The position numbers were made by a program, and so were the translations under genes. From the human T2T-CHM13v2.0 reference genome, Homo sapiens, in assembly GCF_009914755.1 (NCBI RefSeq), contig NC_060928.1: a stretch of 64,000 nt of DNA. One strand, given 5' to 3'. Positions within the stretch are counted from its first letter, which is position 1, and the number at the start of each line of letters is the position of its first letter. Shown in pieces: positions 40,799-54,349 of the stretch. Below the pieces are notes generated by a model. The model saw only the letters and a program-made list of their open reading frames with translations. It was not told the DNA's origin and made no database searches.

Positions 40799-42659
40799 GA
40801 GAAGGGAGAGCTGCAAAGGCCCTGAGGCAAGGTGGCCCCTGTGGACAGCAGTCAGTGACAGGGAGGGCCCAGAGACCCGGCTCACCCAGAAGACCATGCC
40901 TAGGATTTTGGTCATGACCACGATCTAAGACTGAAGAGGAAACCGAAGGATTTTAGCAAAAGAATGATAGGGTCAGTTTGGCCAACGTAAAGGGAAGAGC
41001 TGAGTGTGAAATCCTGAAATTCAGCGCTTCGCCAACTTGAACGTGCACAGGAATCCCAAGTCAGTGGATTCCAGGCGACCGCTGTGGTCTGCAACTCTGA
41101 CAAGCCCCTAGGTCCTTGGGTCACACTCTGAGAAGCAAAGCTCTAGAGTCCCCTTATTGTTCATGCTCAATGGCCTGGCTCTCCCATGCTCCTGCCGTGT
41201 GGTCATTTTGGCCATTCTGATAGACTCCTCCACTGGTCGGCGTGCCGGGCTTGTCATCCACCGGCTGGGTGCATTCCTCACTTACGCAACATGCCTGTCT
41301 AGTAAGGATGCAGCTCAGCCAAACCGCAAACTTATTAGAAAAGTTCACAATCTTCAATCAGGACTGTTACTAATTATAGGTAACTTTTAGAAAAAGCAAA
41401 AAATCGAACAAGTATTTCATCAGAGTAAAAAATAAACTTAAAAAGGGCTACACTTATTTCAGGTTTTGTTTGCTTGGGTTGGTTGGTTGGTTTGTTTGTA
41501 GCTAGGACATCTCCAATGAGACTCAATGAAAAGCTAACCCAGTCACATGAAGGCCCTTCTCCTTTGTGACTTGATTTTTCTCCCCTGACCCATCTCCCAC
41601 GCCCTGGGCAGGTAGTGCATTAGCAGTGCGCTTGCCACGCGACACGGTACAAAGTTTGCCATTTGACACAGGTTTCTCACGACTAGCCGAGGGTGAGCGT
41701 ACATCTTTACTTCTGTGAAAAACAGCAAAGGCAGAATCTACCTCAAGCCTAGCACCAGAAACGGATCATTTAGTTGGACACTAAAAACAGATTAATTATG
41801 TTTCCGGAGATTAAAAGACTGAGATGACAGGCACAGAGGGTCAGAGGACTGAGGACTGGAAAGAAAGATGCTTACTCGGTATGTATCGTCTAGCTTCCAT
41901 TATCGAAAGTCAAGGTGACACGCTGGTCTTTCTGTAAGGCAAGCCTCCCACAGGCGCTAACAGTCAGGCCACGTGAACCTCGAACAGAGTTAGAGAAGGC
42001 AGGTAGCTCAGTGGAGATGACACAGAGCGGCTATGTTTGTCTAAGAACCAAAATGCACAGAAATCAGGACATTGTGTCGCGACCTTGACTCTGCCATTGC
42101 TGGTGTGTGTCCTTGGGCTAATCCCTCCATCTTCCCGGCCCACACTTTGATCATCTAGAAAAATGGGACGTTTTAAACAGATGATTCCTGGGGTTATCCA
42201 TGATACGATGAATCATAATCTGATGTTTTTTTTTCTGTAAGCTTCTCTTCTTGCACATCAGGTTGTTTTTAGAAGTAAAATGCTAAAATTTTATGGTTCT
42301 GCAAACCTAATATATGAGCAACCTGTACTTCAAAGTAAGTAAAAGAGTTGAAGCATCTACCCTGGAGCCTGACGAAAGGCACGTTGTAAAATCATCTACC
42401 TTTACACCTTTGAGATTTGAGGCTGGGACTGGCTTCAAAACTGTGGCATCTGGCCATAAGTCAATTCAGCCCATGGTGGGTACTGAGAATATCACTGGTG
42501 CCAAGCCTGCTATATAAGGCATGCAAGCTATTCATTGTGATTCATAAGTCACGAATGATCCCCCATGAAGTTGACAGTACTATCCATGATTAGTGCTATT
42601 AACAGTGAGGTTGAATTTTCACCCAAATAACTGAATTTTGGTTCTTGGAATAGTAAGAG

Positions 42660-43050
42660 CAACGGTTACCATTTACAGAGCACCTACTATGTGCTGGGCA
42701 TTAAAACTAGGGTTTTCTTGCTAGGTGTGGTGGGACACACCTGTCTTTTCAGCTCCTTGGGAGGCTGAGGTGGGACAATCACTTGAAGCCAGGAGTTCGA
42801 GGCTGCAGTGAGCCATGATCACACCACTGCATTCTAGCCTGGGTGGCAGAAAGACAGCCCCTCTCTAAAAATAGAAAATAAAAAACCTAGGGTTTTCTAC
42901 AAGTTTTGCCATTTAACCCTTACAACCCTAGGACATAGGGACTTTATTATCCTTTATTACCTGCTAGTAAGTGGAGAGCCAAGACTCTCATTTAAATTCA
43001 GGCCTATCTAACGTGAAACACCCAGGCTTATCCACTCTAACCTCTGCCTT
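42660..43050 (+). mobile_element. MIR split by an Alu monomer
   Basis: taccatttacagagcacctactatgtgctgggca...catttaacccttacaaccct. Confidence 0.7.
42720..42885 (+). mobile_element. Alu monomer (FRAM/FAM-like)
   Basis: Single right-type monomer; TSD ctagggttttct on both sides. Confidence 0.85.
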
Positions 43051-43254
43051 CATCGTACTTTAGAAAGCACTGAGTTATGAAGACCTCTTAATTGTTCTAC
43101 TTACTGAGACTTTCCAAACTCCTCTCCGTCTTGCAAACCACTGACAGTCATCTTCCTAAAATACCATTTAATCATGTTAATTCTCTGTTCCAGAGACTTC
43201 TAAATGTGCCTGCTGGATTTAAGGTAATAAATTCCTTAGCTGAGAGGGGGGTGG

Positions 43255-44091
<837 letters not shown>

Positions 44092-44129
44092 ATGGAACGC
44101 CTTTTCTTATTACCCAGTCACCCAATGGA

Positions 44130-44500
44130 TCAGCAAAAATTCATTAAACACACATTGTTACAAGGAACTGTGCTGAGTGCTGTGGGGGATTCAAAGACGG
44201 TAAGACATGATCACTACCCTCAAGGAACAAATAAGTTAACTGAGGATGTGAGAGATAAATCACATAAAGCTAACTAATAATCCTATAATTATAATAATAA
44301 AAGACTATGCAATAAAGATCAGAAGGTAGTGTATTATTAATTGCCAACTAAGTTAGGTAGTTCATAAGGAATACATAAATCATTGTTAAATGGGCATATA
44401 AGAGAAAGCTTTATGGCAAAGGAAAGCTTTATGGTAAAGGAAGACCTTAATGGATGGGGAGGTGCTGTCTAGGCAGGGAGAAGGTGGCAGGCAAGCCAGG
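44130..44500 (-). mobile_element. L2 fragment
   Basis: cagcaaaaattcattaaaca...actgtgctgagtgctgtggggga...taagacatgatcactaccctcaagga. Confidence 0.6.
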
Positions 44501-44699
44501 GGAGGTAAAAGGTTGGTATCGGCGGCCAAAGCAGGACTGAAGATGTGTTTGCTGATGTGAGCAGAGCAACTGTCTTATGCACCAACAGGGGTGTCTTCAT
44601 AAGAGTCACTGGTGTGTGAGAAGCAAGCACTGGGTATTTCACATCAATCATCTTTAACTCTCATAACAGCTCTAACCAGTTAAATACTAGTATCCCCAT

Positions 44700-45316
44700 T
44701 TTATTTTTTCATTTTATTTTTGAGACAGGTCTCACTCTGTCACCCAGACTAGAGTGCAGTGGTGCAATCCTAGCTCACTACAGTCCTGACTTCCTGGGTT
44801 CAAGAGAGCCTCTCACCTCAGCCTCTCAAGTACCCAGGACTACAGGTGCATCCACTACACCCAGCTAATTTTTTGTTTTTCGGGTTTTTTGAGATGGAGT
44901 CTCGCTCTGTCACCCAGGCTAGAGTATAGTCGTGCAATCTTGGCTCACTGCAACCTCTGCCTCCCGGGTTCAAGCAATTCTCCTGCCTCAGTCTCCTGAG
45001 TAGCTGAGATTACAGGCATGCGCCACCACGCCCAGCTAATTTTTTTGTATTTTTAGTCGAGACGGGGTTTCACCATGTTGGTCAGGCTGGTCTTGAACTC
45101 TTGACCTGATGATCCACCTGCTTTGGCCTCCCAAAGTCCTGGGATTACAGGCATGAGCCACCGCGCCTGGCCTAATTTTTTAAAAATATTTTTGTAGAAA
45201 CAGGGGTTTCACTACCTATGTTGCCCGGGTTGGTTTGAACTCCTGGCCTCAAGTGATCCTCCTACTTCAACCTCCCAAACTGCTAAGGTTAGAAGCATAA
45301 GTCACCGTGCCCAGCC
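44700..45316 (-). mobile_element. AluJ with an AluS (about 44870-45172) nested in its central A-rich linker
   Basis: Order is right arm, complete Alu, left arm; taattttt is repeated at both junctions. Confidence 0.9.
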
Positions 45317-45889
45317 TATTATCATCATTTTAGAGATTAGGAAAAGCATAGCCAAAAAGGCAGCCCCCACAAAAAATAAGAAGAAGAAATAAGAAAGAAA
45401 AGAAAATGTCTAAGTCACCCACGCCTCTAGATGAGGAGGCAGGACTTGAACCTCAGGAGGGTCTCAGATGCCCAGCTAGAGTCTGAGCTTGTTTACGCAG
45501 GCTGCTATAATGACTTCTGAGTGCACGACTTGGGAAAAGCCATGCTTCAGTTTCACGAGTCATGCAGCACTCTATACAGAGCCAAATGGAGGGAAGGAGG
45601 TGAGCTAGAACTACTGCTCTGGGTCAGGACAGTGGCTATTGGAACGTACAAAAAAAAAAAAAAACCCACACACACGATGACACGCGTATAGGAATCTAAC
45701 AGCAGTGTTTAGTAGTAATTTTTCCTGGGCACACAATAGTCTTTTCCCAAATGCAAGTTCCTCCTGCAAGTTCCTCACAACGACTTCTGTGTGCTTTTTC
45801 AGCAAAAGTAAGAATTTCCATGAAAGTTATGTAAATTGAAAGCTGGAGTTAGAAGTTGAACATCATCATCATCATCCCCATCATTAATA

Positions 45890-46090
45890 CCATTCCAGCC
45901 CTAACTAGAGCCTGACCCTCAGCCCAAATGCCTTTCATGCGTTATTTCACTTAATCTTCCAACAAGCCACATGAGGCAGAGTAGCTACTCTCCATTCTAC
46001 AGATGAGGAAATGAAGCTACTTACAAAGCTCCACTTACAGCCATTAAGTGGTAAAGCAAACATTCAAATCTACATCCGTCTGACTCCAAA
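45890..46090 (+). mobile_element. MIR
   Basis: ttatttcacttaatcttccaacaagccacatgagg...ccattctacagatgaggaaatgaag. Confidence 0.7.
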
Positions 46091-46449
46091 GAATATGCCA
46101 GAAACCTCTAGACCTGTGTTTTGCAAGTCTCTGCTAACAACCCACCAGAGGGTCGTGGGATCATTTGTTGCATTAAGATCAGCACTTTTAACTTAATTTT
46201 AATTTACAATATGATAGAATGGAAAATGAGGGAGCACCCCGAACAAAGTGAGGTAAGCATTGTTTTATGAAACGTTTGCTTCCATTTAATGTCACATTAT
46301 ATTATACTGGTCCTGGGGTTGAAGGGGTATAAAAACATTGCACTAGGCTGGACTGCCTCCCGACAGTGTGTGTGCAGGTGTGTGCGAGCATGTGGACGGC
46401 AGAGAGAGGGAGGGGGCACTGTGGGAAGTAGAATGCAGAAGAGGATATG

Positions 46450-46542
46450 TGATTCGCCTGCCTTGGCCTCCCAAAGTCCTGGGATTACAGGCGTGAGCCC
46501 CGCGCCTGGCCTAATATTTTTAACATTTTTGTAGAAACAGGG
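46450..46542 (-). repeat. 93-bp copy of the nested Alu-Alu junction at 45110-45205
   Basis: Shares the non-consensus aaagtcctggg and the chimeric junction cctggcc-taat...tttttgtagaaacaggg. Confidence 0.85.
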
Positions 46543-49057
46543 AAACAAGGAGAAGCATACCCTAAGAGCTGTACTGACTGCTAAGAGGTAGAAATAAAAT
46601 GTACAAGAACTTCATGGCATGAAAATAGTATGTTCGGAGCAAAGATAACAGGACCCCCTATATGAGAGAGGAAGCATGGCCTGAGACCTTCCTATGCGGC
46701 CACGCTTCCTCCTGCTCTGCCTGCGACATTCAAATCACTCTCCAGACTCTCATGGGACCCTGACGGCTGAAGTCAGCCATTGCCAGTCCTGAAATCAGAA
46801 AGACGTTTAACGTTTGGATGGAGGGCTAGATACGGAAAAAACCATGCCTCTCAGTGTACATATTATCTGCACCAATGCAAAACTGATTTTTATGTTTTGT
46901 TGAACTTTAGAAAGTCATAGGTTCATTTAAGAATGGGAGTCTCCAGCCAGTCTTCCTCATAAGGTTTCAAGCAATTCAACCACCAATTCTCCTACTACGT
47001 AGATTTTTCAGGATGAATGATGAGGCAGGACTGCTACTCCAAATACATCATAACCCACCTTTATTCTTTTCTGTTCTGTTCATGCCACTATCCCAAAACT
47101 GCCTTGCAATGCTATTACCTTAAAACTTTAAAAAAAAAAAAAAAAAAGCGGGGCGGAGCGGGGGTACTTAAAAAAAAAAAAAAGGTCCCTGGCCCCACTC
47201 TAATAAGAACCGGGAATTTTTTTTATTATCCTAGAATAATTTTGATAAGCAATTAAGTATGAAAATCACTGTTATTTAGTATCCATTAACCCAATGGACT
47301 TCCAGATTCCAGATGTTTAATAAACATCTCCAGTTGAGTCATGGGAAAACAGGAGGCCAGTGGTGAATAGATTTCATCATTAATGGAATAGAAACGTATA
47401 TGAAATCAAAAGTCTAAAATGCTTTTAAATACCACAAAACTAGTTTTCCAGGCTGAAAATCATCCAGATTACAGTTTTACATATTTGCCATTCTATGCAC
47501 AATTTTCCTATTAGGCACGTTTTCTATATCCTTTCGGAAGCTATTCCCATAGCTGCTTTATAAAATTTACCTTGTCTCTGACCACAGACTCCTCTGGTAC
47601 CTGAAATGTGTGCTGCATCCGAACCATAATCGAGCAAACTGACTTGGGGCCCCTATGTGTGTGTGCACAAAAGTCACCTGTCTATCACTGGTTCTTGGTT
47701 CTGCAGATGACCCAGTGGTCACTCTAGAAAACAGTTCTCAATGCAGCCTAACAAGAACAGCAGCTCTTCGTCCAGAGATCAAGCCTTAAAAATACATGCA
47801 GTGTGTTAACGTTCACCCAGATGTGTACTTTTCTGAGAAAGGTCCCCACAAACTCTCAAAGGGCAGTTCCCTAGGCAGATGTAAGAAACACAGTGCAAGA
47901 ACACGAATGGGAAAGCAGCTAGACCTCTCTGCTGACATTTTCTTGACTTTCCCTGGCTCAGTAGCCACTTCCCTGGCCCTCCCACCCATTGCCATGTCAG
48001 CCACCAAGGGGTGCAGTCTCCATCTGTCAGACCATCCCCATTACCCACGGCCTCCTTCCATGCTCCCGCGGCAGCCTGTTCAGGGGCTCTCCGCTCTGCC
48101 CCGAGCTGCTGCAGCGTCCCTGTCCCGGCCACCCTCCCTTCAATCCACTTCCACATTCCACACAGCGGAGGCCTATACTTACTGCGTGTCTGCTGGGTGA
48201 GAGTACAAGACTACGTAGGCTTATATATTAACGTGGGCAGCAACGTTAACATGGGATTCCAGCTCCAGGGGCCTCCCCGGCCCCATTCTCCTTCCCACAC
48301 AGTGGCCTGGCCACTTTCCCACTACAAACGGGCCTTCATGCCTCCGTCTTGTTTGCTCACACTGCAAACATTTGTGAGAGGCTGGAGAACCTCGCAGCAG
48401 ATGGGCGGCTGATCGCCTCATCTGAGCTCTCAGAGTCTCTGCCTCTGCAGATCTTTTTTGCTTTCTTCTCCCCAGGTCCTGTTCCCATTTTCCACAGGTG
48501 CAATTTCAGATCCCTCCCTGCCTCCAGCTTCACAGAGAAAAGAGATCTGCGAGGCTCTTCTTTCTGAATGTCTACCTCGCCTCCCTCTTCATACTCACTT
48601 GGGTGTGACCTTTTTCCCTTTCTTAGACTAGATGGGTGGGAGTGCCACTCTGCAACAGAAGATGTGGGATGTTTGAGGAGAGATACTGAGAGTGGTTTGG
48701 GGCCTACAGGGTTGGAGATCTCTGGGATACCCAAAAAGAGGTGATGGCTGGGCTACTAGCTGTGCGAGGCTGGAGCTCAGGAGAAAGGCCTAGCCTGGAA
48801 ACGTCTCGCCATACCTTGAAAGATTGTTCAAATGTCTCTTTTCCACAATACTTGGCCTGGCCAACACAAGACACATACATGCCCCCTTCCCTTGAAGTCA
48901 TAAAACTCACTGCCTCTAACAGTGAGTTAGCACGCATCTTACACTGTCCTAAAGTCACTGGTTCATTGTGATGTGCTTTAATCCACTGAGACCAACGCTC
49001 CTTAGGCCTAAATAGGCCTTGTACTCTGCACCCAGCAAACACCCAATGAATGTAGAC

Positions 49058-49165
49058 CAGCACTATCCAGTAGACATTTTGCAACTATTAACTTGTTATT
49101 TATCAGGGCAGTCAACAAGGTGGCTCCTGAATACCTGAAATGTGGCTACCATGAATGAGGAAAGC
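49058..49165. mobile_element. MER3-like hAT-Charlie fragment
   Basis: cagcactatccagtaga...tgaaatgtggctaccatgaatgaggaa. Confidence 0.55.
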
Positions 49166-49519
49166 TTTGTCATCAAAGATGGAAACATCGTTTCCCGGCC
49201 GGTTCTAATCTTTCCAAATCACAGTGAGTGGTCAGGTGTCTGGTGGAAAGAAAATACCTGCTCGTGACACCCCTGTAATGTTCCTGCTACTGAAACAGCT
49301 TTGTTTTGGGAAAAGCTTAGTTTTAAAAAGCCTGATGCACACTCTGCAAACTTAATCACCTTTGGAACACAACCTGTTGGTAAGCAAGGGAGCTTTTCTG
49401 TGAGTAACTGCCTCATCCAGATCTAGACCTGCAAACCCTTGAAAATGATACCAGCTGGCCAGCAGGGAGTGTCCCACTTACCAGGATGTTGTCAATATCC
49501 TCCACCATGAGGGTATTAA

Positions 49520-49745
49520 CAATAGCTAAGGAGTATTAAGCGCTTAGCAGTGTTAGGCAAGTTCTAAGCACGTTAAGAGGATAAGCTCACCTGATTCACA
49601 GCATCCCAAGAACGTGGGTACTACTGTGGTCCCCATTTTATAGATGAAGAAACTGAGGCACGTAAGGTTAAGTAACTTCCCAAGGTCACAGAGCTACTGA
49701 GTGGTAGAACTCATATTTGAACTGGAGTCTTAGGCCCTGACTTAG
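49520..49745 (+). mobile_element. MIR, near full length
   Basis: ccccattttatagatgaagaaactgaggcacgtaaggttaagtaacttcccaaggtcacagagcta. Confidence 0.9.
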
Positions 49746-50693
49746 CATTTGGATATGAGGCTCGCACAGGCAGGCCAAACTGGGGTTCACATCAAGAGGT
49801 AGAGAGGGCCCCACACCTCCGTCTGACCTGGCATCTGCACTGGGAGCCTGTGTGGAAGGGGACACAGCCAGGGCAGCAAGATCCCCACAGCCTGCCAAAC
49901 ATCGTTCCAGCTCCTGAGCTGGCCCGGGTGCACAGGAAGCAGTTTCCCAGCCTCCTTTATGCAGCCCCTTCCAAAGTCACACTTCCTGCCCCATTTAATA
50001 CTTTCCCAGCGAGTGGGCATCAACAAAACATGCTGCGTTTCCTGGCCAACCCGAGCTTTCCTTTTGTAGTCCGGACTAGGAAAACACTCCCATACTCCAA
50101 AATAAAGATACTCGCCCTCTCTCCACCCCTTCACCTCCATGCTCTCTTTAAGGAAACAAGAGAGAACCAGAGGGGCTTTTTCCTGGCTTTGCATCACCTG
50201 GATGCAGATGAATCAGTTGTTTCATTTTAGTTGCTGCTTCTGCCATAAAGCAGGGCCACCTGGGTGCTTCCAGGGTCTTTTGAAGGCAGAAGGGGAGGAA
50301 AGTGTGCCCTGCCCAGCCCATAACCGATTAACCTGAAGAACTATTTCAGAAGCACAAGTAAGTCCCATAGAAGGCAAACGCGCCACTATCTTAATGTTAA
50401 TTTCACATTAACATTTATTTAAGGTGCTGAAAACCAGTGAAGTAGTAAGCATCCTCAATATTTGTCAATTTCCACCTCCTGCCGTTTCAGCGCATATGAA
50501 GAGCAAACACTTCGTTATGGGGCCGTTTTGCTTCCCACTCTAAAAATGACCTCATTTTTAGTATCAGGACCTCCAAGAAGTACAAAAACCCTGTGCCCCA
50601 AAACTCCTTTCTCCAACCTACTTAAATCTCTCAGCCCTGTTTGTTTTTTACCACTTGATACCAAGTACTTCTCTCTTGGTCTTCAGAAGATAA

Positions 50694-51020
<327 letters not shown>

Positions 51021-51600
51021 TTGTTTTTGTTTTTGCTTTCAGTTTTAAATTCAGGGGTACCTGTGCAGGTTTGTTACATGGGTATATTGCAATGATACTG
51101 GGGTTTGGGCTCCTAATGATCCTGCTGTCCAAGTAGTGAACATAGTACCCAATAGGTAGTTTTTCAACCCTTGCCCTACTTCCTCTCTCTCCCCTTCTGG
51201 AATCCTCACTGTTTCTTGTTCCCATCCTCATGTCCATGTGTACTCAGTGTTTAGCTCCGTCTTATAAGTGAGAACATGTGGTAGTATTTGGTTTTCTGAT
51301 TCTGTGTTAATTCATTTAAGATAATGACCTCCAGCTCCATGCTTCTTATTGTGAATGATTTCATTGTTTTTATGGCTGCATAGTATTCCATAGTGTATAT
51401 ATACCATATTTTCTTTATCCGGTCCACTGCTGATGAGGACCTAGGTTAAGTCCATATCTTTGCTATTGTGAATAGTGTTGCAATAAACATAAAAGTACAG
51501 GTATCTTTTGCTAGAATGATTTCTTTTCCTTTCAGTATATACCCAGTAATGGAATTGCTGGGTTGAATGGCAGTTCTATTTTTAGTTCTTTGAGAAATCC
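51021..51600 (-). mobile_element. L1PB/L1PA-like 3' end
   Basis: caggggtacctgtgcaggtttgttacatgggtatattg...ttataagtgagaacatgtgg...cccagtaatggaattgctgggttgaatgg. Confidence 0.92.
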
Positions 51601-51983
51601 AGGAGACAGTTTTAAATCCACCCATCCCAGAAAGCTTTCCCTAGCCAGTGTAAGCTCATCTATGACCACAACTCCTGCTGAGATGACAGCCCTAGGAAAT
51701 GGTTTGGGTATTAATGGTGATCAATCATGTCTGACCCTTAGCTTATTAATTTGGCAACATGCAAATTCCTAATAAGTGATTAGGCCCTTCATAGGCCTAC
51801 CCTTATTCATCATGGAGTAGGATGGCAGCTGCAATGCAGGACTCAGGATGACACCCGAGGTCTGACAGCCACATGACTCCAGGACAGCACAGCCCCCTAA
51901 GGGCAGGGCAGAGACCAGGGAAGACCTCGGCGGCTCCCATATCCATGACAAGTGGGCAGGAGCCAGCCTTGGCTAGTGACGCT

Positions 51984-52052
51984 TTTTTATCACTATACTG
52001 TATATGAGATGAGGAGAGGAACCTTATCTCATATACAGTATAGTGATAAAAA
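51984..52052. repeat. Perfect 27-bp inverted repeat with 15-nt spacer
   Basis: tttttatcactatactgtatatgagat (51984-52010) and atctcatatacagtatagtgataaaaa (52026-52052). Confidence 0.97.
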
Positions 52053-52229
52053 TGAGACCTTAAATGAGAAATCAACAAGCCATTGCCCCAAAAATTCAGA
52101 AATCCCCTGGTGCTGGTCACCATCTCCACAACTGTAGAAGCCATTCAGGTCTCCATCCGGCAACTATAGCCACTTCCCAGGGCACTGCTTCAGGAACCAA
52201 ACGCAGAAGGTAACAGAACCCAAGACCCT

Positions 52230-52345
52230 ATGCCTCAGTTTTCTCCTCTGTAAAATGGGATAACTTCCGCATGGTTTGCGGTAAGGATTAAATAAGATGT
52301 GTAACATGCCCAGCCTAGTACCTGATCCATCAATAGTTGATATTT
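52230..52345 (-). mobile_element. MIR
   Basis: tgcctcagttttctcctctgtaaaatgggataa...aggattaaataagat. Confidence 0.75.
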
Positions 52346-52492
52346 AACAAATAATAGTTTCTGCAGACACAAATTTATGGTCAACATTGTTCAAAGAGCA
52401 TTATTTATATAGCAAAACTAACCCAAATACCAGACAGTGGGAAGATGTTTAAAGAAAATGTAATAGAGTCAAATAATAGAGTATTGGGACTA

Positions 52493-52707
52493 CAGCAGAT
52501 TCCCTCATCTCAACAAAGGGATGATTTATGTCCTGGGCAGGAAGAGGTGGGATGTTACATTCCATCATGCTACTTGCAACAGTGCACAATTTAAAACTTA
52601 TGAATTGTTTATTTCTGGAATTTCCCATTTAATATTTTCAGACCTCAGTTGACCATGGGTAACTGTAACCACTAAAAGCAAAACCACAGATAAGGGAGAA
52701 CTACTGT
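52493..52707 (+). mobile_element. MER8/Tigger2-like DNA transposon relic
   Basis: caatttaaaacttatgaattgtttatttctggaatttcccatttaatattttcagacc...gataagggagaactactg. Confidence 0.8.
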
Positions 52708-53147
52708 CTAGAATATTTAATTTGTGCAGGAATGCACAGAGCATAATGTGAAAAAAGTCGGGGAGCAGGTGGTTTTAACCATCAGGGCAATCAAGGACCA
52801 CGCGCAAACTTCCAGGCCCTGCCGTACCATGGTGGCTTCCCCATGAGTCCCCAGCTGAGTCCACGTGCTGACACGCTGCTCTCTTCCCCCACAGCACCAA
52901 TGACAGTCAGAGTTCCCCGTTCACTCACCCTTACAGAACTCAGAGCATGCGCCGGGCTGACAACATGCACCAAGAGACAGTTGTTTGACCTGGAACTGGG
53001 CCTCTGGGGGGCGGGGGTGTGCCCCAACCCCGGGTTGGCACAGAACAGAAGGTGAACGTGTTTCCTGAACAGCCCAGTGTCATCACACTAAGTGCCATCC
53101 TGTGCTCACTCTTAAGTCCTGAGTTTTCCAAGACTGTCCTGATGTCA

Positions 53148-53500
<353 letters not shown>

Positions 53501-53624
53501 CAATACAGTAACAGAGAACATTCTTCTCAAAACAACTGAGTTTCCTTCTTCCCTTCCTTCCTCCACCCTTCCTTTATGAATGATTTACTCCAAAAGCCCA
53601 TTTGATGCAACGCAGCAAAGAAGA

Positions 53625-54082
53625 TGTACTGGGTTGAACAGTGGCCCCCCAACATTCGTGTCCACCTGGAGCCTGTGAATGTGACCTTTTCTGCATATGG
53701 AGTCTGTGCAGATATAATCAAGTTAAACGAGGTCATACCAGATTAGAATGGGCCCTAAATCCAATATGACTGGTGTCCTTTTAAGAAGAGGGAAACTTGG
53801 ACACAGACACACATAGAAGAAAGGAGAATGTTGTATGAAGACAGAGGCAGGCATTAGAGTGACTCCTCCATAAGCCAAAGAAAGCCAAGGATTGCTAGCA
53901 GCCACCAGAAGGTAGGAGAGAGGCATGGTGCAGATTCCCGCTCAGGGTCCCCAATAGGAACCAACCCTGCCCATACCTTAATTGCCAACTTTTGGCCTTC
54001 AAAACTGTGAGGGAATAAATTTCTGTTGTTTCATGCTTCCCAGTTTGCGGTAATTTGTTATGGCAGCCACAGGAAACTAATA
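53625..54082 (+). mobile_element. MaLR solo LTR (MLT1C-like), complete
   Basis: tgtactgggttgaacagtggccccc...gggccctaaatccaatatgactggtgtcctt...aataaatttctgttgttt...ggaaactaata. Confidence 0.88.
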
Positions 54083-54349
54083 GAGTAGACACTAGGGGTA
54101 GAGGGGCAGGTGCAGCCAGGGTAGGTATTGGCAGAAAGAGAGCACCTGTTAGGGTGGCTGGGGCAGCAGCCACCTGGCACACAGAATACAAAAGCCCATG
54201 TGGGCAGTGAGGATAGACACAGGAGGGAGACCACAGCCCTGTGCAGGGGCTGGGAGCCAGAACAGGGAGGTGAGGAGGGCATCGTCATTGTGGTGGGGCA
54301 ACCGTGGGGACATAAGACCACATACACACAGGCAACTGAGTAAATTATA

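Noticed and set aside
47998-48016. CTCF-like motif cagccaccaaggggtgcag (weaker ones near 48393 and 49458)
   Set aside because: Mismatch at a core position; not supportable without ChIP data.
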